NCBI RefSeq assembly: GCF_006345805.1 | Contig: NC_043012.1 | Span: forward strand, 28,830,001 to 28,894,000 | DNA from: Octopus sinensis | Lineage: Eukaryota | Length of the DNA: 64,000 nucleotides | Reading direction: 5' to 3' | Shown: positions 13,606-27,520 of the stretch, piece after piece | How the letters are laid out: each line of letters starts with the position of its first letter | Numbering within the stretch: position 1 is the stretch's first letter | The notes under the pieces: generated by a model | What the model saw: the letters and a program-made list of their open reading frames with translations, nothing else | What the model was told of the DNA's origin: nothing | Databases searched by the model: none | Program-made: the position numbers and the translations under genes

Positions 13606-14019
13606 ATATGTATGTGTGTTGTGCAGAAATCGCGTTTGTGTTCCAGTTTTATGATGTATTAGCAGTATATTTTCGTGTGTTTGTACGAGTTGTATGGAAC
13701 AATCCTCTCCATTAAAAAAAAAACTTTCATCTACACTTTCAGACCTTCAAAATCGTATCTTATGCATGAAAAGGCATTCCTGAGAGTTGCTGACTCGTTA
13801 TAATATGCAAGGCTAACGTAATTCGTGTAGATATTGCCATCGGAATTTAATATTTTGATGTTGGACTTATATGCTACTTTCACTTCATCCAGAAGATGAG
13901 AACATAAACGCATACAAACATTAATGATGGAAGAAATAGAAATAAACAAATAAACAACATACAAAAATGATTGGTGAGCTGGTTAGTAAGGGATATATGA
14001 GCCTTTGTTTGAAATAAGT

Positions 14020-14978
14020 TGGAAAAGGCGCTAGTCCATAGAACATGCAAGTTAGTTTCTGGATATCCTCTGATGTTATATCACGAAATAAATCCACTAT
14101 TACCTGTCACAATTCATTGTTGCTCCTAAATTGGCGTCCATTCTCGTAAACACGTCGCCTTAGAATACTCCACAAGGCAACAACAGGCAGGCCATTTCAT
14201 CTTCCGAGGTCCACAGGTGCTTAATTGTTACAGGCACTCTGTAGTTTTCTTCGTTGAGTGCGAGGACACATTATACTGCATCAGTAATATGGTTGCCTTG
14301 AAGGTGATGCTTTGCTTTTTTGACCATGGCTCAAGGTGCTCTCTTAGGCGGCTATGTAAGTATCCACGGTCATTTTAGCACCGTCAGGCACTTTGCAAGG
14401 ACAAACCAAAATACCTCCAATGATACCTGCCCAAATCATGATGTCTCCTCCCTATTGTTGGCGTCTCAAGGGTTGATGACGATCTCGTTTATTTGCATCC
14501 CATCCCTTGCTCCAATCATCAGGTCTATCAAGGGTAGCAAGTGTTTCGTCCATAAACAAAACTTTTGAAAAGTCGACCTTCATGTTATCTTTGAATGTGT
14601 TTTGTTTAAAGGAAACCTTTTAACTGATGTCACTGGTTTGCCGATGTTTTCAGAAAACGACATCAGGTAGTTCTAGACGCAGTTCTTTCACCAATGCGCC
14701 TCAGAAGTTCTCCACTTGTAAGATCTGGGTTCCTTACAGCTTCACGTTTAATTCGTGACAGAAAACGTTGACTCTTATCGGTTCTCTTACGTATCTTCGT
14801 AGGAGCTATAACAATTTTTTCATAGTTTAGTGATATCTTCCAATTTTACATATTTCTAATGTTGATTTACATTTTACAAGTTCAGTAGTAATAACAAATT
14901 TCTCTGAAGCAGTTAAGTCACATTTAAGATCCATAATTACACGATTATCAAACTACTCGTTAATAATTTTGAACACTG
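14020..14978 (-). mobile_element. Decayed Tc1/IS630-type transposon
   Basis: Minus translation MKVDFSKVLFMDET...LRRQQ*GGDIMIWAGII and LRRRVYENGRQF; TIR-like cagtgttcaaaattatt at 14978; other TIR not found. Confidence 0.8.
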
Positions 14979-15333
14979 AATGTTCAGGGAAATCATTCAA
15001 ATGGCTGCAGTTTGTTTACACTTACGCAATACTTCACGTTTTTACACACCATGCACATATAACCATTGTTATCATTCTGTTGAGATTTCGTTGAATTCCA
15101 ACGAGTAGTTTTAAAATAAATTTTTAAAAATTTTACGTTGTTAATAATTTGAAATGCAATGTATATGTTAAGGCTTTTCACCATGTCTGCAAATATATAC
15201 TTATATTGTTACACGCATCTAATCTTCCTATACCATACTCAGACGAATATATAACTATTATATATAGTAACAAACTGCAATTATATCTCGTATATATACG
15301 TACCACGTCCGTTGGCACATGCATGATTACTTT

Positions 15334-15406
<73 letters not shown>

Positions 15407-16569
15407 TTAGCACAAGCAGACAGAGTTGCAGAAACAACCGCACATATTAAATTCAGAGACGTGTATATATTTAAACCAAAAGAAAAATGAAAGTGGAATG
15501 AAAAACAAAAATGAGAATGACGTATGTATATGAACGTAAGGCGACAAGTGTTTTTCTAGAGAAAAGCAATGGTAGAAATTGTAATTGTAAAGTCCGAGTA
15601 AATAGACGACTCAAGATTGCAATAGGAACTGGAGGAAAGGGAAGTCAAATCGTACAACTTCATATGAAACATGCACAAAATGCGTCCCTCTCTGTCTCAC
15701 ATTCTCTCTTTGCTTTCCTTTCTCAGCTTATAATTATTTATGGATACACAACATACATACTTTTTCTATGCGTATGAGTCTTTCTCTGCATAAATATATA
15801 TATATATATACACACACATACATATATAAACATACATATTTTCATATATATACGTATATGCATGAAAATAAGGGTTTTGTATAATTTGAGAATCTTTTTA
15901 TAAGTTTATAAAATTTAAAAAAAACAAGCATTAAAATTTTCTTTATCCTTTACGATAAATATATATCATTGTTTTATATTACATTATTACAGCAATTGTC
16001 GTTATTGTTGCTTTTGTAGATCAGTCATTTTTGTTGTGGAATTTTTTGTTGCTGGCATTTTTAATTAAATGTTTTATGGTGCCTGCAAATTAAATGCTTT
16101 AGTTTAAACCCTCTTATCTAAGTTACATAGCATTAGGTACAACTAATTCACCATGATAGCCGCTCTCAGAAGAGCTGGGGTATTTACCGCTCCGACTTTT
16201 TGGTCTTTACTGATGTAATCTATCCCAGTTTCTGTTTTGTTTTCTTCGAAACATGGAACTGTCGGATGTACTTAAAATTCATCTCTCTCCTACCTCTTTC
16301 TCTCTTTTCTCACTTTCTTTTCTCTCTCACCCTTTCTCCCGTTAACTCCCTCTCCCCCCTCTGTCTCTCTCTCTTTATCCTCTCTCACTTTATCTTCTCT
16401 CTTTCATTATTTTCAACTCTATGACTGAAATGAAAGATGAGCTAACGAACGAAATAAATTGGTACAGTCTTCCGCTTTTTTTTTACCAAAAATATTTTAT
16501 TTGGGACGTTTTTTATCTTCTTTCGCCTATGTTCCCATCTAATTTCTTATCTTAACCTAATTAGGTTAT

Positions 16570-16860
16570 CTTTTTTGATGGTGAAACGATAAACAATACA
16601 AAACACAACACACTGAACGTTTTCTGTGTTTCTTTGGAAAATGCTGTTTAAAGTAGATTCCATCTTCGACAATTAGAACAAGTAACGACGGCAGAAGAAG
16701 ATGAGTTTTCTCTCACCATGCTTGCTGTTAACATTTACGAGTAACTGGGACATTGCGAATTATGTTTTGGCTAAGGATGCAATAGTAAACCGACACACCA
16801 GTACAAACTGAGGACAAAACGCTTTCGACTGCATTCCTTCACAATAACTTTCAACTGAAC
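16570..16860 (-). pseudogene. Possible decayed Methuselah-like/adhesion GPCR relic, TM1-TM3 (tentative)
   Basis: One minus frame reads SVLSSVCTGVSVYYCIL..IRNVP..HLLLPSLLVLIV..SVCCVLYCLSF with two stops, resembling TM1 / RNLP / TM2 / TM3 of family-B 7TMs. Confidence 0.22.
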
Positions 16861-17716
16861 ATTAGTTTTACCATTAATTGGTTTGATACCAATATATTAC
16901 TGGTATTACTGGTTCATAATAAACTTAATTCGATGCTTAAAAGCAGATGAAAAATTATATCATTGATTCTGAATTTAGAATAAAAAAGATTCCACTTCTG
17001 CCAGCATTGTATTATTTATGTCACCTCATCTTAGATTTCATGTTCAGTAATATGTGAAAGATTCCCATAATCGGACCTATTTGAAAACCTACGGGTAGAT
17101 GTATAATGATAAGTCTTTCCTGCTGATCCTATAAAAACTTCTATCTTTTTTATCTTCAGTTGGCTTTAGTCATTATATTACAATCATGCTATGAGAGATT
17201 TTAAGCGTTTTAGTCGCTCATATTGACGCCAGTACATAGCTATAGATATATTTTCCGAATGGGTAAGTCCTCTTCTTTTACACACCGACAATTTGACACT
17301 GGTAAACATAAAGACACAGATAGACAGACAGACAAATATATATATATACTTATACACAGGTGCCCTCTTGTCTCTGGACAATCTGCGAGGGATCTTTAAT
17401 AGTATGTCACAAAAGTGGGCCTAATTTCCACCAGGTCATCATTTTATAATCTCGAGATTATATATCCTTATCAAATCGGATTTCTTACCGAATGCCACGT
17501 AACGATGGTTTTTTTATTTTCTTTGGATAAGGCGATAATTTCTATAAGCCCCCAGATTCAATTTTATGGTATTTTGATATTTATTGAATCTGTATTCGTC
17601 TTCGATGTTCAAATATATATCACAGCCATTCTAAATAATTTCTCTTAGCGTGTTTACGTTTATTTATTCACAATAAATATATGCGTGTGTGTATACATAC
17701 ATACATACATACATAC

Positions 17717-17789
<73 letters not shown>

Positions 17790-17792
<3 letters not shown>

Positions 17793-17990
17793 TGAAAATG
17801 CACATTGTGTACAGGACATCACCAACGAGTGAAAAATACATGAACACACGAGAGGAAAGAACAGGACAAAATACCTAAAGAAGATAACTCTTCATCAGTT
17901 GTCGGACTGTTTGTTACTCCTACTTCGTGCTTTTAACGACAATACAGGGAAACTTCATGAGACAGCAGCATTCAGAAATTTAAAAAATAT
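17790..17990 (-). mobile_element. Dispersed repeat, Penelope-tail-like
   Basis: ccgacaactgatgaag core is shared with 33500-33680(+). Confidence 0.45.
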
Positions 17991-18069
17991 AAAATTCATT
18001 GAGAGTTAGAGCTTCGAACGAACAAACAACGTACATACTTAACAATCGAGGAAGACAAACATTCAGGGC

Positions 18070-18148
<79 letters not shown>

Positions 18149-18152
<4 letters not shown>

Positions 18153-18933
18153 CAATTGAGGATAAAATCTTTAAAAGAAATTATCAGTAGTCAGCGTGAA
18201 AAACCTCGTAAGAGAAAAAATCCGTAAATTCTTCCTCTTTGAAAATATTCATTTATATTATATTGAGGGTACTACTATTCGTAGATACCAACACGCTAAG
18301 AGGGACCAATGCGGTCAAAACTACTAAAAATAAACAAAATTTTACCGAATGCAAAACTTCAAAACACATCATTTTAAAAAAGAATTCAGTTACATATCAC
18401 ATGTGATTTCGCATTTAATGCAGAATATGCATTTCATGTTCATCAGTGCAACAAACTCAAGAAATATAAGAGAAAACATAACATTACAAGCTCGATAGCC
18501 AACCGTAGAATTCGTCGTAGCATGTACGAATGTTTATCTTTACATATCTATGAAAATGGCGGGCTTATTCGCAATGCATTTCGGTGGCAAATTGTCTAGT
18601 CGGAATAAAAATTCAGTATTGAACTATTCCGGTGAAAAATATAAATTAACAATTGAGGATAAAATCTTTAAAAGAAATTATCAGTAGTCAGCGTGAAAAA
18701 CCTCGTAAGAGAAAAAATCCGTAAATTCTTCCTCTTTGAAAATATTCATTTATATTATATTGAGGGTACTACTATTCGTAGATACCAACACGCTAAGAGG
18801 GACCAATGCGGTCAAAACTACTAAAAATAAACAACTGACTACTGATAATTTCTTTTAAAGATTTTATCCTCAATTGTTAATTTATATTTTTCACCGGAAT
18901 AGTTCAATACTGAATTTTTATTCCGACTAGACA
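18149..18933. repeat. Rearranged TIR element: about 190-bp direct repeat plus 99-bp inverted repeat
   Basis: 18148-18337 matches 18645-18834; 18593-18691 is the reverse complement of 18835-18933; no mismatch seen by eye. Confidence 0.88.
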
Positions 18934-19054
18934 TTTTCTATGTGAGTTTCTTGTATTTAAAGAAAATGCCTTACAACTAATTCCTGAACAGCTTTTATGT
19001 TAGTTTTGTTAAATAATACTCTGAAAATGATTTCATTGCAAATAAAACTAGGTG

Positions 19055-19112
<58 letters not shown>

Positions 19113-19169
19113 CTCATAAAAAATGCTTCTGGGATAAAATATAGCTCCAATATTTGAAATGCAAAACAT

Positions 19170-20290
19170 ATGCCACCTTAAACAATCAGAAAGTGTGACA
19201 AAGAAAAAAGAAGAGTCCCGTTAAACTTTAACAGTATGATATACAGAGATTTATTAATCAGTGAATTGAAAGAAAACATGAAAATACGTAATAATTTTCT
19301 TTTTTAGCATTAAACATCCTTTACAAAAATAGAACAAAATGAATTAGAAAACAAAATACAATAGACAATCATAATAAGACTGTTTATGCTATCCTGTTAT
19401 CGCTGAAACTTAGAACTTTGATCATTAATGAAACCAGTAGAGAGGAAACATTTTTAATTGAAAAGAGAATAAAATTAGCAAATGTAGTAAAACGAAAAAA
19501 ATATAACAAAACGGTTGTAATGAATTTTCTTTTATGTAATAAACACCTGTTAAATGCATACCTAATATAAAATTTACTTGCTTTTAGGTTCCTTATTCTG
19601 TTGTGTAGTTGGTTCCATTCAAAATTCATAGAACTCGGAATAAAGAGCTGTTTTTGGCATATAGCAGATATCAAAAATAATGATTTCTATCATTAATACA
19701 TGGGCATGTGTTTTTACCACAAAACAAAGTATCTCAGAGAAGTAATCAAACACATTTATAGCTCTTTAAAATCCGCAAAACAAAAGACAAACATGAAAAT
19801 ATGTCGAATTCTTTGCTCAAATATTTCTGTTTGAAGCTTTTGCCGAAAGTACTGACTCCAGAATACACCCTGACTTGTAATTTCGTAATTAGACTGACTT
19901 AACTATTGTAATTTATTCATTATTTTAACACTTTAACAAGAGTGCATAGTAAATGGCTTGTAATATGAAAAGATATTCAATCTCGATAATATGATATGTC
20001 CGATGCTTACAAGGTATTAGTTTCCGATAAGTGTCAACTATATGGATATAACATTTAGCGGGTAGAGGTATTTTGAGAAAAGACATGTTTGTTTCTGCAT
20101 GTTTCTGGCATATAAATAGTACACATTATCCAGTCTGTTGTCGGTTGTGTAATATAGTTTTTAAATATATGCTTTTAAAGAACATCCCGAGCTAATAAAG
20201 AGATCTCCAGGATTTTCGTAAGTAAGGATTAATTTATTCGACGACATCTGTAGAATGTCTAATTTAAAAAGATTTACATTTCTGCTGTTA
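19170..20290 (-). pseudogene. Possible decayed Methuselah-like/adhesion GPCR relic (tentative)
   Basis: Stop-sparse minus frames: LTLIGN*YLVSIG (TM1-like), MCLITSLRYFVLW (TM3-like), LLYFFRFTTFANFILFS (TM5-like), RIFMFSFNSLINKSLYIILLKFNGTLLF (TM6-7-like), in order. Confidence 0.22.
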
Positions 20291-20850
20291 CCAATAAGAT
20301 CGATTACATTTGCTACAGAACAAAGCTAAGCTAAATCTTTAAGTTATCTTCGCTTCTAAGTCTCATACAAAGCAAGATCTATTATTAATCCTCATTTCTA
20401 AAGCGGTTTTCATACAATTAATGACAGTTACAGAGTGTTGTAATATAACATTCGATAATTAAACACTGTGAAATGTATGCGCTAATGATTGATCTTGGAG
20501 TGCTATTTACAGTAAGAATAGAAATACCAGGAAGTATCTCTTTGAAGGAAGCTATAACGTTGATTTCTACGTTAATGTTTGTTAAAAGAGAACAGGGTGG
20601 CTTAAATGTGAATCACGAGAAAAATAGTAATAAGTGCTTAAACGGTTGAACTCTATGATCTAGAAGAGAATAAACAAATGATTAATGAGCACGACCTTAT
20701 AAAATATGACCATAAAAAAATTTTAATGATATTGTTGTAGCATTAAAGTTAGCTTAAATTATGGCAACATGTTTGGCCTAATCATTTATATTTTTCTGTG
20801 ATAATGCATATAGAGACTCCCAGTATTTACACTTGAGTAATCACTTCGAA

Positions 20851-23278
20851 AAATTGATTCCCAACGTGGTCCCTGGGGCCCACCGGTGGTCCCCAGAGAA
20901 TTTGTAGCCATGAAAAAATTGAAGCCATTTCAGATCTACACAATATTGTTCGATAATAAAGACACTGTTAGTTATTAATAATTTATATGAAGACAGAATA
21001 ATAATAAGAAAACAAAATTCAATAATTATTCCATAAGAATCAATAAGGTACAATATATAATCAATAATATATTACAATCAAAGAATTACATACTTTAAAT
21101 TTTACAATTACAACAGTTTCATACAAATTTGATATTTTTAATAAATCACTACACAATCTTGTTTAATAATAAATTTTAATTTATAGAAATAAAGTATTTA
21201 TCATTTTTATTTTTTAAAGATCAGTTGTAATAATGTCTGAACCAACTGCTAAAAAGGCAAAACTGGGTAACTACAAAGAAGATTTTATCATGTTTGGTTT
21301 TGTATCTGTACACTCAAAACCTATGTGTCTTGAATGTGATGCCATCATGACACATCATTCCATGAAGAAAGTTAAGCTGGAATTGCACCAGAAATTAAGG
21401 CATCCATCATCTGTTGATAAAGGTAGGGAATATTTTGAGAATAAAAAGAAAATACAGCCAATCAAACTGACTGACTTTGTAAAGAAGATGAATACTGAAA
21501 AAGCTAAGACACTCAAACCAAGTTATTTGGTCACTGAAATTATTGCCAAGGTTGCTGCATCTCAGACTTATGGCGAGAAACTTGACACGCCTGCTATGAT
21601 AGCTTGTGCAAATGAGACTCTGAGAAAAGATGCTGCATCTACTCTGAGTACAATTCCACTTTCAAATAACACAATTACAAGAAGACAGGGTAAAATGTCT
21701 AACTTTGTTGAGGAGAAGATTGTGGAAATTCTCCAAACGACAAATCTTTCTATCCAGGTTAATGATAGCACAATTCATAACCAAGCTATCATTCTGGTCT
21801 ACGTCAGATTCATCCCTGAAGATGATATAAGGGAAGAAATGTTATTCATTAAAAGTTTGTCTGAAACTACTAATGGAGAAGATATATTCAATGAAGTAAT
21901 GCAGTATTTTAATGATGAAAATATTCCATTGACTAATTTGATCAACATTGCATCAGATGGGGCTGCAGCCATGACTGGAAAAGTGAAAGGCTTTGTTTCT
22001 AGAATGAAATCAGTTGCTCCTCACATTATTTATATACATTGCATTATCTACAGGCAGCATCTGGTTGCTAAGAATATTGGAGGACACATGGAAGATTCAC
22101 TCAACACTGCCATACATGCAATTAACTTTGTCAAATCAAACTCAGTGAATAATAGATTTTTTTAATGCAATTCTGTGAAGATGAAGATTTTAAAACCCTA
22201 TTGCTTCACACAGAAGTAAGATGGTTGTCAAAAGGCCTGAGGCTTGAAAGACTGGTGAATTTGTGGGAACCATTAATCAACTTTCTCATGTTCAAGAGTC
22301 AGATGACTCATTACAAATCCAGGAAGCAAGCTGATACAGCTAAGAAAATTTTGGAAAAACTTTCTGAGTTTAAATCAAAAATATTCTACTTGAGTGGTAT
22401 TTTTAAAACAGTGAATCTGTTTAACTTAGAGCTGCAAGGTAGAAAATCAGATTTGATCACCCGTTCTCAGAAGATAAAAGGGTATATGGGAAAATTAAAA
22501 TTTTGGAAAAAAACCGTTTTAAAAAAAATTGGCATAATTTCGAAATTTTAACACCACCGTTCCTACATCAGAATGCATTGCTGCATGCATTGCCCATCTT
22601 GATGATCTTCACTTTGAGAGAAGATACAATGATTTATTAAAGATGGATTATCCACTCTGGTTTGTAGACCTAAGAAATTATGAGCCAGGAGATGAACATT
22701 TTGAGTTGGCTAAAATGTTGTTGGATTTGAAAGAGAATATGAAACTGAGACGAAGAGTTGAGAAGGAAGGTGCCTTTGCCTACATATCGATAAAGGATCA
22801 CACCCAAATATTTTTCGACATGTAGCAAGCATCATTTCTTTCCCTGCCACATGGATGGTGGAATCTACATTTTCAGCTGTTGTAGATATCTTAAGTAGAA
22901 AAAGAAATAAATTAGATGTCAACAGCAGAGGAACTATCAGACTAAGACTAAATGAGTTCATTAAAATTGATTATGATATCTTGTGTCAGAAACACCAATA
23001 TCAAGCTAGTCACTAGCTGAATGGACTAAAAATGAATGATTTTATGAAAAATGATTTTGATGTCTTTTGTTTATTTTTGTTTACTAAAATAAATTTTAAA
23101 TTTTATCTTTTGTTTGCTAAAATAAATTTTAAGTGTAAAGTGTAAATAGACTATTTTGTCTTTCCATTAAGTATTTTAGTGTGAAAATAGAACAGCATAA
23201 AGTAAAAGTAAAAGTGATCCCTAGAAATATTTTCAAGTAAAAAATGGTCCCTGGGCTGAAAAAGGTTGGGAACCACTG
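20851..23278 (+). mobile_element. Full-length hAT transposon, Buster/Charlie type
   Basis: Right TIR ggttgggaaccactg; left TIR matches 11/15; TSD acttcgaa / acttagaa (nnnTAnnn); subterminal ggtccctggg at both ends. Confidence 0.9.
21233..23016 (+). pseudogene. Buster-type hAT transposase, frameshifted
   Basis: BED-like CLEC...HQKLRH, QVNDST (first catalytic D changed to N), ASDGAAAM, HCIIYRQHL, LHTEVRWLS, TWMVESTFS, terminal QASH*; at least four frameshifts. Confidence 0.92.
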
Positions 23279-23560
23279 ACTTAGAATTATATTGGCACTA
23301 GTTTTCATTTTGACTATATGTTGACTTCTGAATGAATGGTTACATTTTCCAACATTTCTTATGATGTCTTTAAAGATGTCCCATAAAAAACCAAAACAAA
23401 TCAGAACTATGATTTTATTTCACTTACTGTCTAATCTCGGTTACCGTAGACATAAACATACGAATATTCGCACGCAGCCACTCAGCCACATAGGCATTCA
23501 CTCACATGCACATATCACATAATTTCAACATATATAGTGACATATGCATGTGAATATATA

Positions 23561-24719
23561 TCTTTATATATGAGAATGTGTGTCTGTCTGTCTGTGTGTT
23601 TCCCTAAAACTTGAGAACTACACAACCAATTTCATTCAAATTTTACACATGCCTTACTTAGGGTCCGGGGAGTGTCATCGGCAAAAGAATTTTACTTTTT
23701 GCCTAGGGCGAGCCCACAGCAATAACATATCTTCTCCACTACGATTCCCTAAAACTTGAGAACTACACAACCAATTTGATTCACATTTTACACATGCCTT
23801 ACTTAGGGTCCATGTAGTTTCATGGGCAAAAAAATGTTCAACTTCTTCCCTAGAGCGAGCCCATAGCAATATCATATCTTCTCCACTATTTCAGTATTAC
23901 GTGTTAAAAGTGAAACAAAAACGTTTCTCTATTTTATGTCAGATACTTTCACTTTAACAATAAAAATAATAATAACAATTGAATTATATGTAGTAAGTAA
24001 TAATTAAAATCAAACTAAAGTAACATGACAAAAGTAAAAATAGCAATTGGTATAAAATTGCATCAATGATTTGAACTTGAATAAGTGGTTTCACATGAAT
24101 GGGAATAAATTAAACATAAAATTAGTGTGCAGAAATGGAATAGTCCAGATGGATAATAAAAAATTAAATTAAAGAAAAGACTATTGTCTATAAAGTATAC
24201 AATGTAGAGAAAAAAGATTTGAACACATGGAAAAGTGTCTTGGTGCGACTATGAAAGGTATCTAATCAGAGGCGGTAAATTCGCCACAATAGAAGCAAGG
24301 TTCGAGTGAACGGAGCGTGCAAGGGAGTACTCGACTCGAACTTGCAAAGTGGAAATATTTTATTTTTACCTTTATATCTGGGACGTAGGACGTCCCGGAG
24401 AAAAATTTAGCCCCGCCCCCCCCCCCCCCCCCGAAGTAGAGGTAGGCTGGATTGTAGCCACACTTCTATACAAGAGAGAGAGGACAAGAAACAATTGATC
24501 GTAATTACAAGAGACGGGCTAACAATTCCAGTCTGTTATATATTTTGAGTATTGTTATCACTAGCGATATCAAGATATAACTTGTATTATGTATATATAT
24601 ATATTTTATGTGTAGATGTATATATATAGATGTACATGTAATATGTACACATATATATATATACACATATATACATGCACTAGCACTATGACCCGGCAAC
24701 GACGGGTCTTTAATGCTAG
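23561..24719 (+). mobile_element. Non-autonomous Helitron
   Basis: A|TC start with (GTCT)n; 3' hairpin gacccg-gcaacga-cgggtc then CTAG|T; internal direct duplication (about 23601-23735 vs 23746-23885). Confidence 0.8.
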
Positions 24720-24728
24720 TATATATAT

Positions 24729-24765
<37 letters not shown>

Positions 24766-24766
<1 letters not shown>

Positions 24767-25052
24767 GAGGCGCAATGGCCCAGTGGTTAGGGCAGCGGAC
24801 TCGCGGTTTCGATTCCCAGACCGGGCGTTGTGAGTGTTATTGAGCGAAAACACCTAAAAGCTCGGCGTGGCTCCGGCAGGGGTGGTGGCGATCCCTGCTG
24901 TTCTCTTTCGCCACAACTTTCTCTCACTCTTTCTTCTGTTGGCCTGCTCGCGTAGCCAGCGGGGTGGCGTCATTTGAAGGCTAAAACAATGCGAAGCGCA
25001 TTGTGAGCAGTGATGTGTAACAACATCTGATAGCCTGGTCGGTCACGGTGAT
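24766..25052 (+). mobile_element. tRNA-headed SINE family C with RTE-like tail
   Basis: Head ggcgcaatggcccagtggttag...ggtttcgattccc; second copy at 44823-45104(-). Confidence 0.88.
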
Positions 25053-25449
25053 ATATATAAATATATATATAGTGTACTGTTCCGTGATGGTAAGATCAAC
25101 AAAAAAGTACTTCATCTGGTCAGAGATAAATATTATTTAATAAACACAATATATGTTTTTATATGCTACTATTAGTTTCATGTTCTGAGAACATGCCAAG
25201 CATTGTTTTATAATACGTCTGATGTCCCAACAAAATCATCAGACACTACCCACATAGCTTAACGAACTAAAAGTGGGACGAGAGAAGAAGCGAGAAAAGG
25301 TGACAAGGAAGTATATATAAAAAGTGTAAAGGTGAAAACCAGCAAACGGAAAGGCAATCAGAAGAAGCTATTTCCCTTCGATCTTAAATTATAAGGCTAA
25401 AAAATAGTAGTTAAGAGCCTATGATATAGTTATTTAAACCGAGTGGGGA

Positions 25450-25780
25450 GGTACCTCCTATTTTTTCAGGAACTTAGGCATATGCTTACCACAGCTGGAA
25501 ATTTCAGATCTAGATTTCAGCAGTGAGTTGGAGTCCTTAGATCTGAAAAGGATCTGAGTTCTTTTAGCTAAGCATAGCTTTTTTGTTTTTGATCCGTTAA
25601 CATATAATGTGGATTTTTCGACAATTTTGCACTTTATCGTGGTATTGCGTTTGATCTCAAACTCCATATGTGGCTAGCCAAATTAGTAGCTTTGCTTCTG
25701 TCCCTGTCGGAAGGAAGATATGTGATTAGAATAGCGATTCTTGAATTCTCCTTCACATAGTCCGACATAGCTCTTCAAGT
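25450..25780 (-). mobile_element. Penelope-like element, GIY-YIG C-terminal fragment
   Basis: IKCKIVEK..Y..KLCLAKRTQIL..LLKSRSEISSCGKH matches the PLE endonuclease C-terminus pattern W.I....Y..C.LCL.EK..IL..LLN.RSEI..CRH. Confidence 0.65.
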
Positions 25781-25886
25781 CGGGTGTGTTATTATCTTGC
25801 GTTGCAGTAACTTCTGCTTCATATAAGACGGATTTAATCATACATCGCTGGTCTAGTGGACATCATTGCAATCGTTGCAATCCTGT

Positions 25887-25928
<42 letters not shown>

Positions 25929-26599
25929 TGTGAGAGTAAAAATATATTTCCACTGTCATAAACATCAGTCGAGTAGTTCTAGACAACATGATTGCTATGA
26001 TGATGATGATGAAGAAGCAGAGAAGGTGTAGGAGAAGGAACAAGAGGAGAAAGGGGAACTCTTCAGTAAACTAATGTTAATCGGTATTTAAATTGAAGTA
26101 ATTAAAATGAGAAGTTGTTTAGTGGTGGAGAGCAAAAGGGAACAATTGCGAGGCGGAAGCAATTGGAAAGTAATGACGTTCCTGGCTGAAATGTAACGTT
26201 ACCAACTGCTATTCTGTTATTCACAAACGCTTTTATGTTTCTATGTACCGCATATCCTTTTCTACTTCCTAAATGTAAACCATAAAAATCATATTTCCTT
26301 GCGTAGTAAATATAGAAACTATATATACATACACACACATTTATTCATATACACACACATATATGTATATATATATATACATATACACATATACACACAT
26401 ACGCACGCACACACATAGATATATACACACACATGCTCATATGTTAAATCTTGTGCGTACAGTTAGATGTACGATTGCTAAAGATTGAATTTAGAACTGC
26501 ACATGATGTTATTATCCATTCCATTATAGTGGGCTGGTTTCAACTGTACTCATGATATACTCAACAAATATATGGTTATCTGTAACATCTGCGTTGGAT

Positions 26600-26846
26600 G
26601 CTGAAACACAATAGATCATCAGCGACATCCAATGCCACAGTGTCTGGCACTCCGCCGGTTATAACGCCAAGGGTTCCAGTTCATTCGATCAACGGAACAG
26701 AATGATCAAGAAATTAACGCGCAGGTTGCTAACAACTCCACAGACAACTCATTTTTGCCAGTTAAGTGAAATAAAGTGTTTTGCTCAAGGGCACAACACT
26801 GCTGACCGTGAGCCAAATACCTCAACTACTAAGCCATGCGCTTCAC
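26600..26846 (-). mobile_element. tRNA-headed SINE family D
   Basis: Reverse head gtgaagcgcatggcttagtagtt..., core cccttgagcaaaacactttatttcac similar to 61195-61507. Confidence 0.7.
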
Positions 26847-27299
26847 TGATTGCAAATATTAGTTAATTTCTGTGTGCGTGTGTGTGCGCGCGCGCAAGCT
26901 AAGCGCAGATACAAAACGCAACAAAAGTGCAAGGAACATTTCTATTTAGTTTAATAATATGAGGTTGATTCTCGAAGACAAAGAATCTGATAAAAGATTA
27001 AAAGTTATACCGTTTCAGACATAGTCCTCTCGATACTTGAGGAAGAAAAAAAAAAGCGATAAAAATGCTTCAGCATGGCCGTCACATTCAGGCGAATGTG
27101 ACTTGGAACCAGAATGCCATGCTTTCAATAACTGTTTTACAGGTTTATTCAGTCGCCAGCCGACATAAATACTGTCTCAAAACTTCCATTTTTAGCCCAG
27201 AAGAATATCGAGGAAATAAAGCAACTTGCTTAAGAGCACAATGCGTTACTAAGTCTCTCCTTCCCACCTCTCTCTCTCTCTCTCTCTCTACTCTCTATC

Positions 27300-27305
27300 T
27301 ACCTT

Positions 27306-27344
<39 letters not shown>

Positions 27345-27345
27345 G

Positions 27346-27425
<80 letters not shown>

Positions 27426-27431
27426 TCTATG

Positions 27432-27509
<78 letters not shown>

Positions 27510-27520
27510 CCTATCTATCT
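27300..27520. repeat. (CTAT)n microsatellite, left flank of Tx1-like locus
   Basis: Direct tandem repeat. Confidence 0.95.

Noticed and set aside
20200-20300. Second cob NUMT suggested by LF..IL....NKL on the minus strand
   Set aside because: Flanking cob motifs (WYF, GG, TGSNNP) are absent or mis-spaced; likely chance.
21233-23016. Domesticated ZBED5/ZBED8-like host gene
   Set aside because: TIRs, TSD, frameshifts and a mutated catalytic Asp indicate a dead transposon.
23601-23885. Spaced direct repeats resembling a CRISPR or regulatory array
   Set aside because: Only two long units inside a Helitron; eukaryotic context and no cas genes.
24766-24825. tRNA-like heads (also 925, 45104, 61195)
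   Set aside because: A/B boxes continue into SINE bodies and no full cloverleaf is present.
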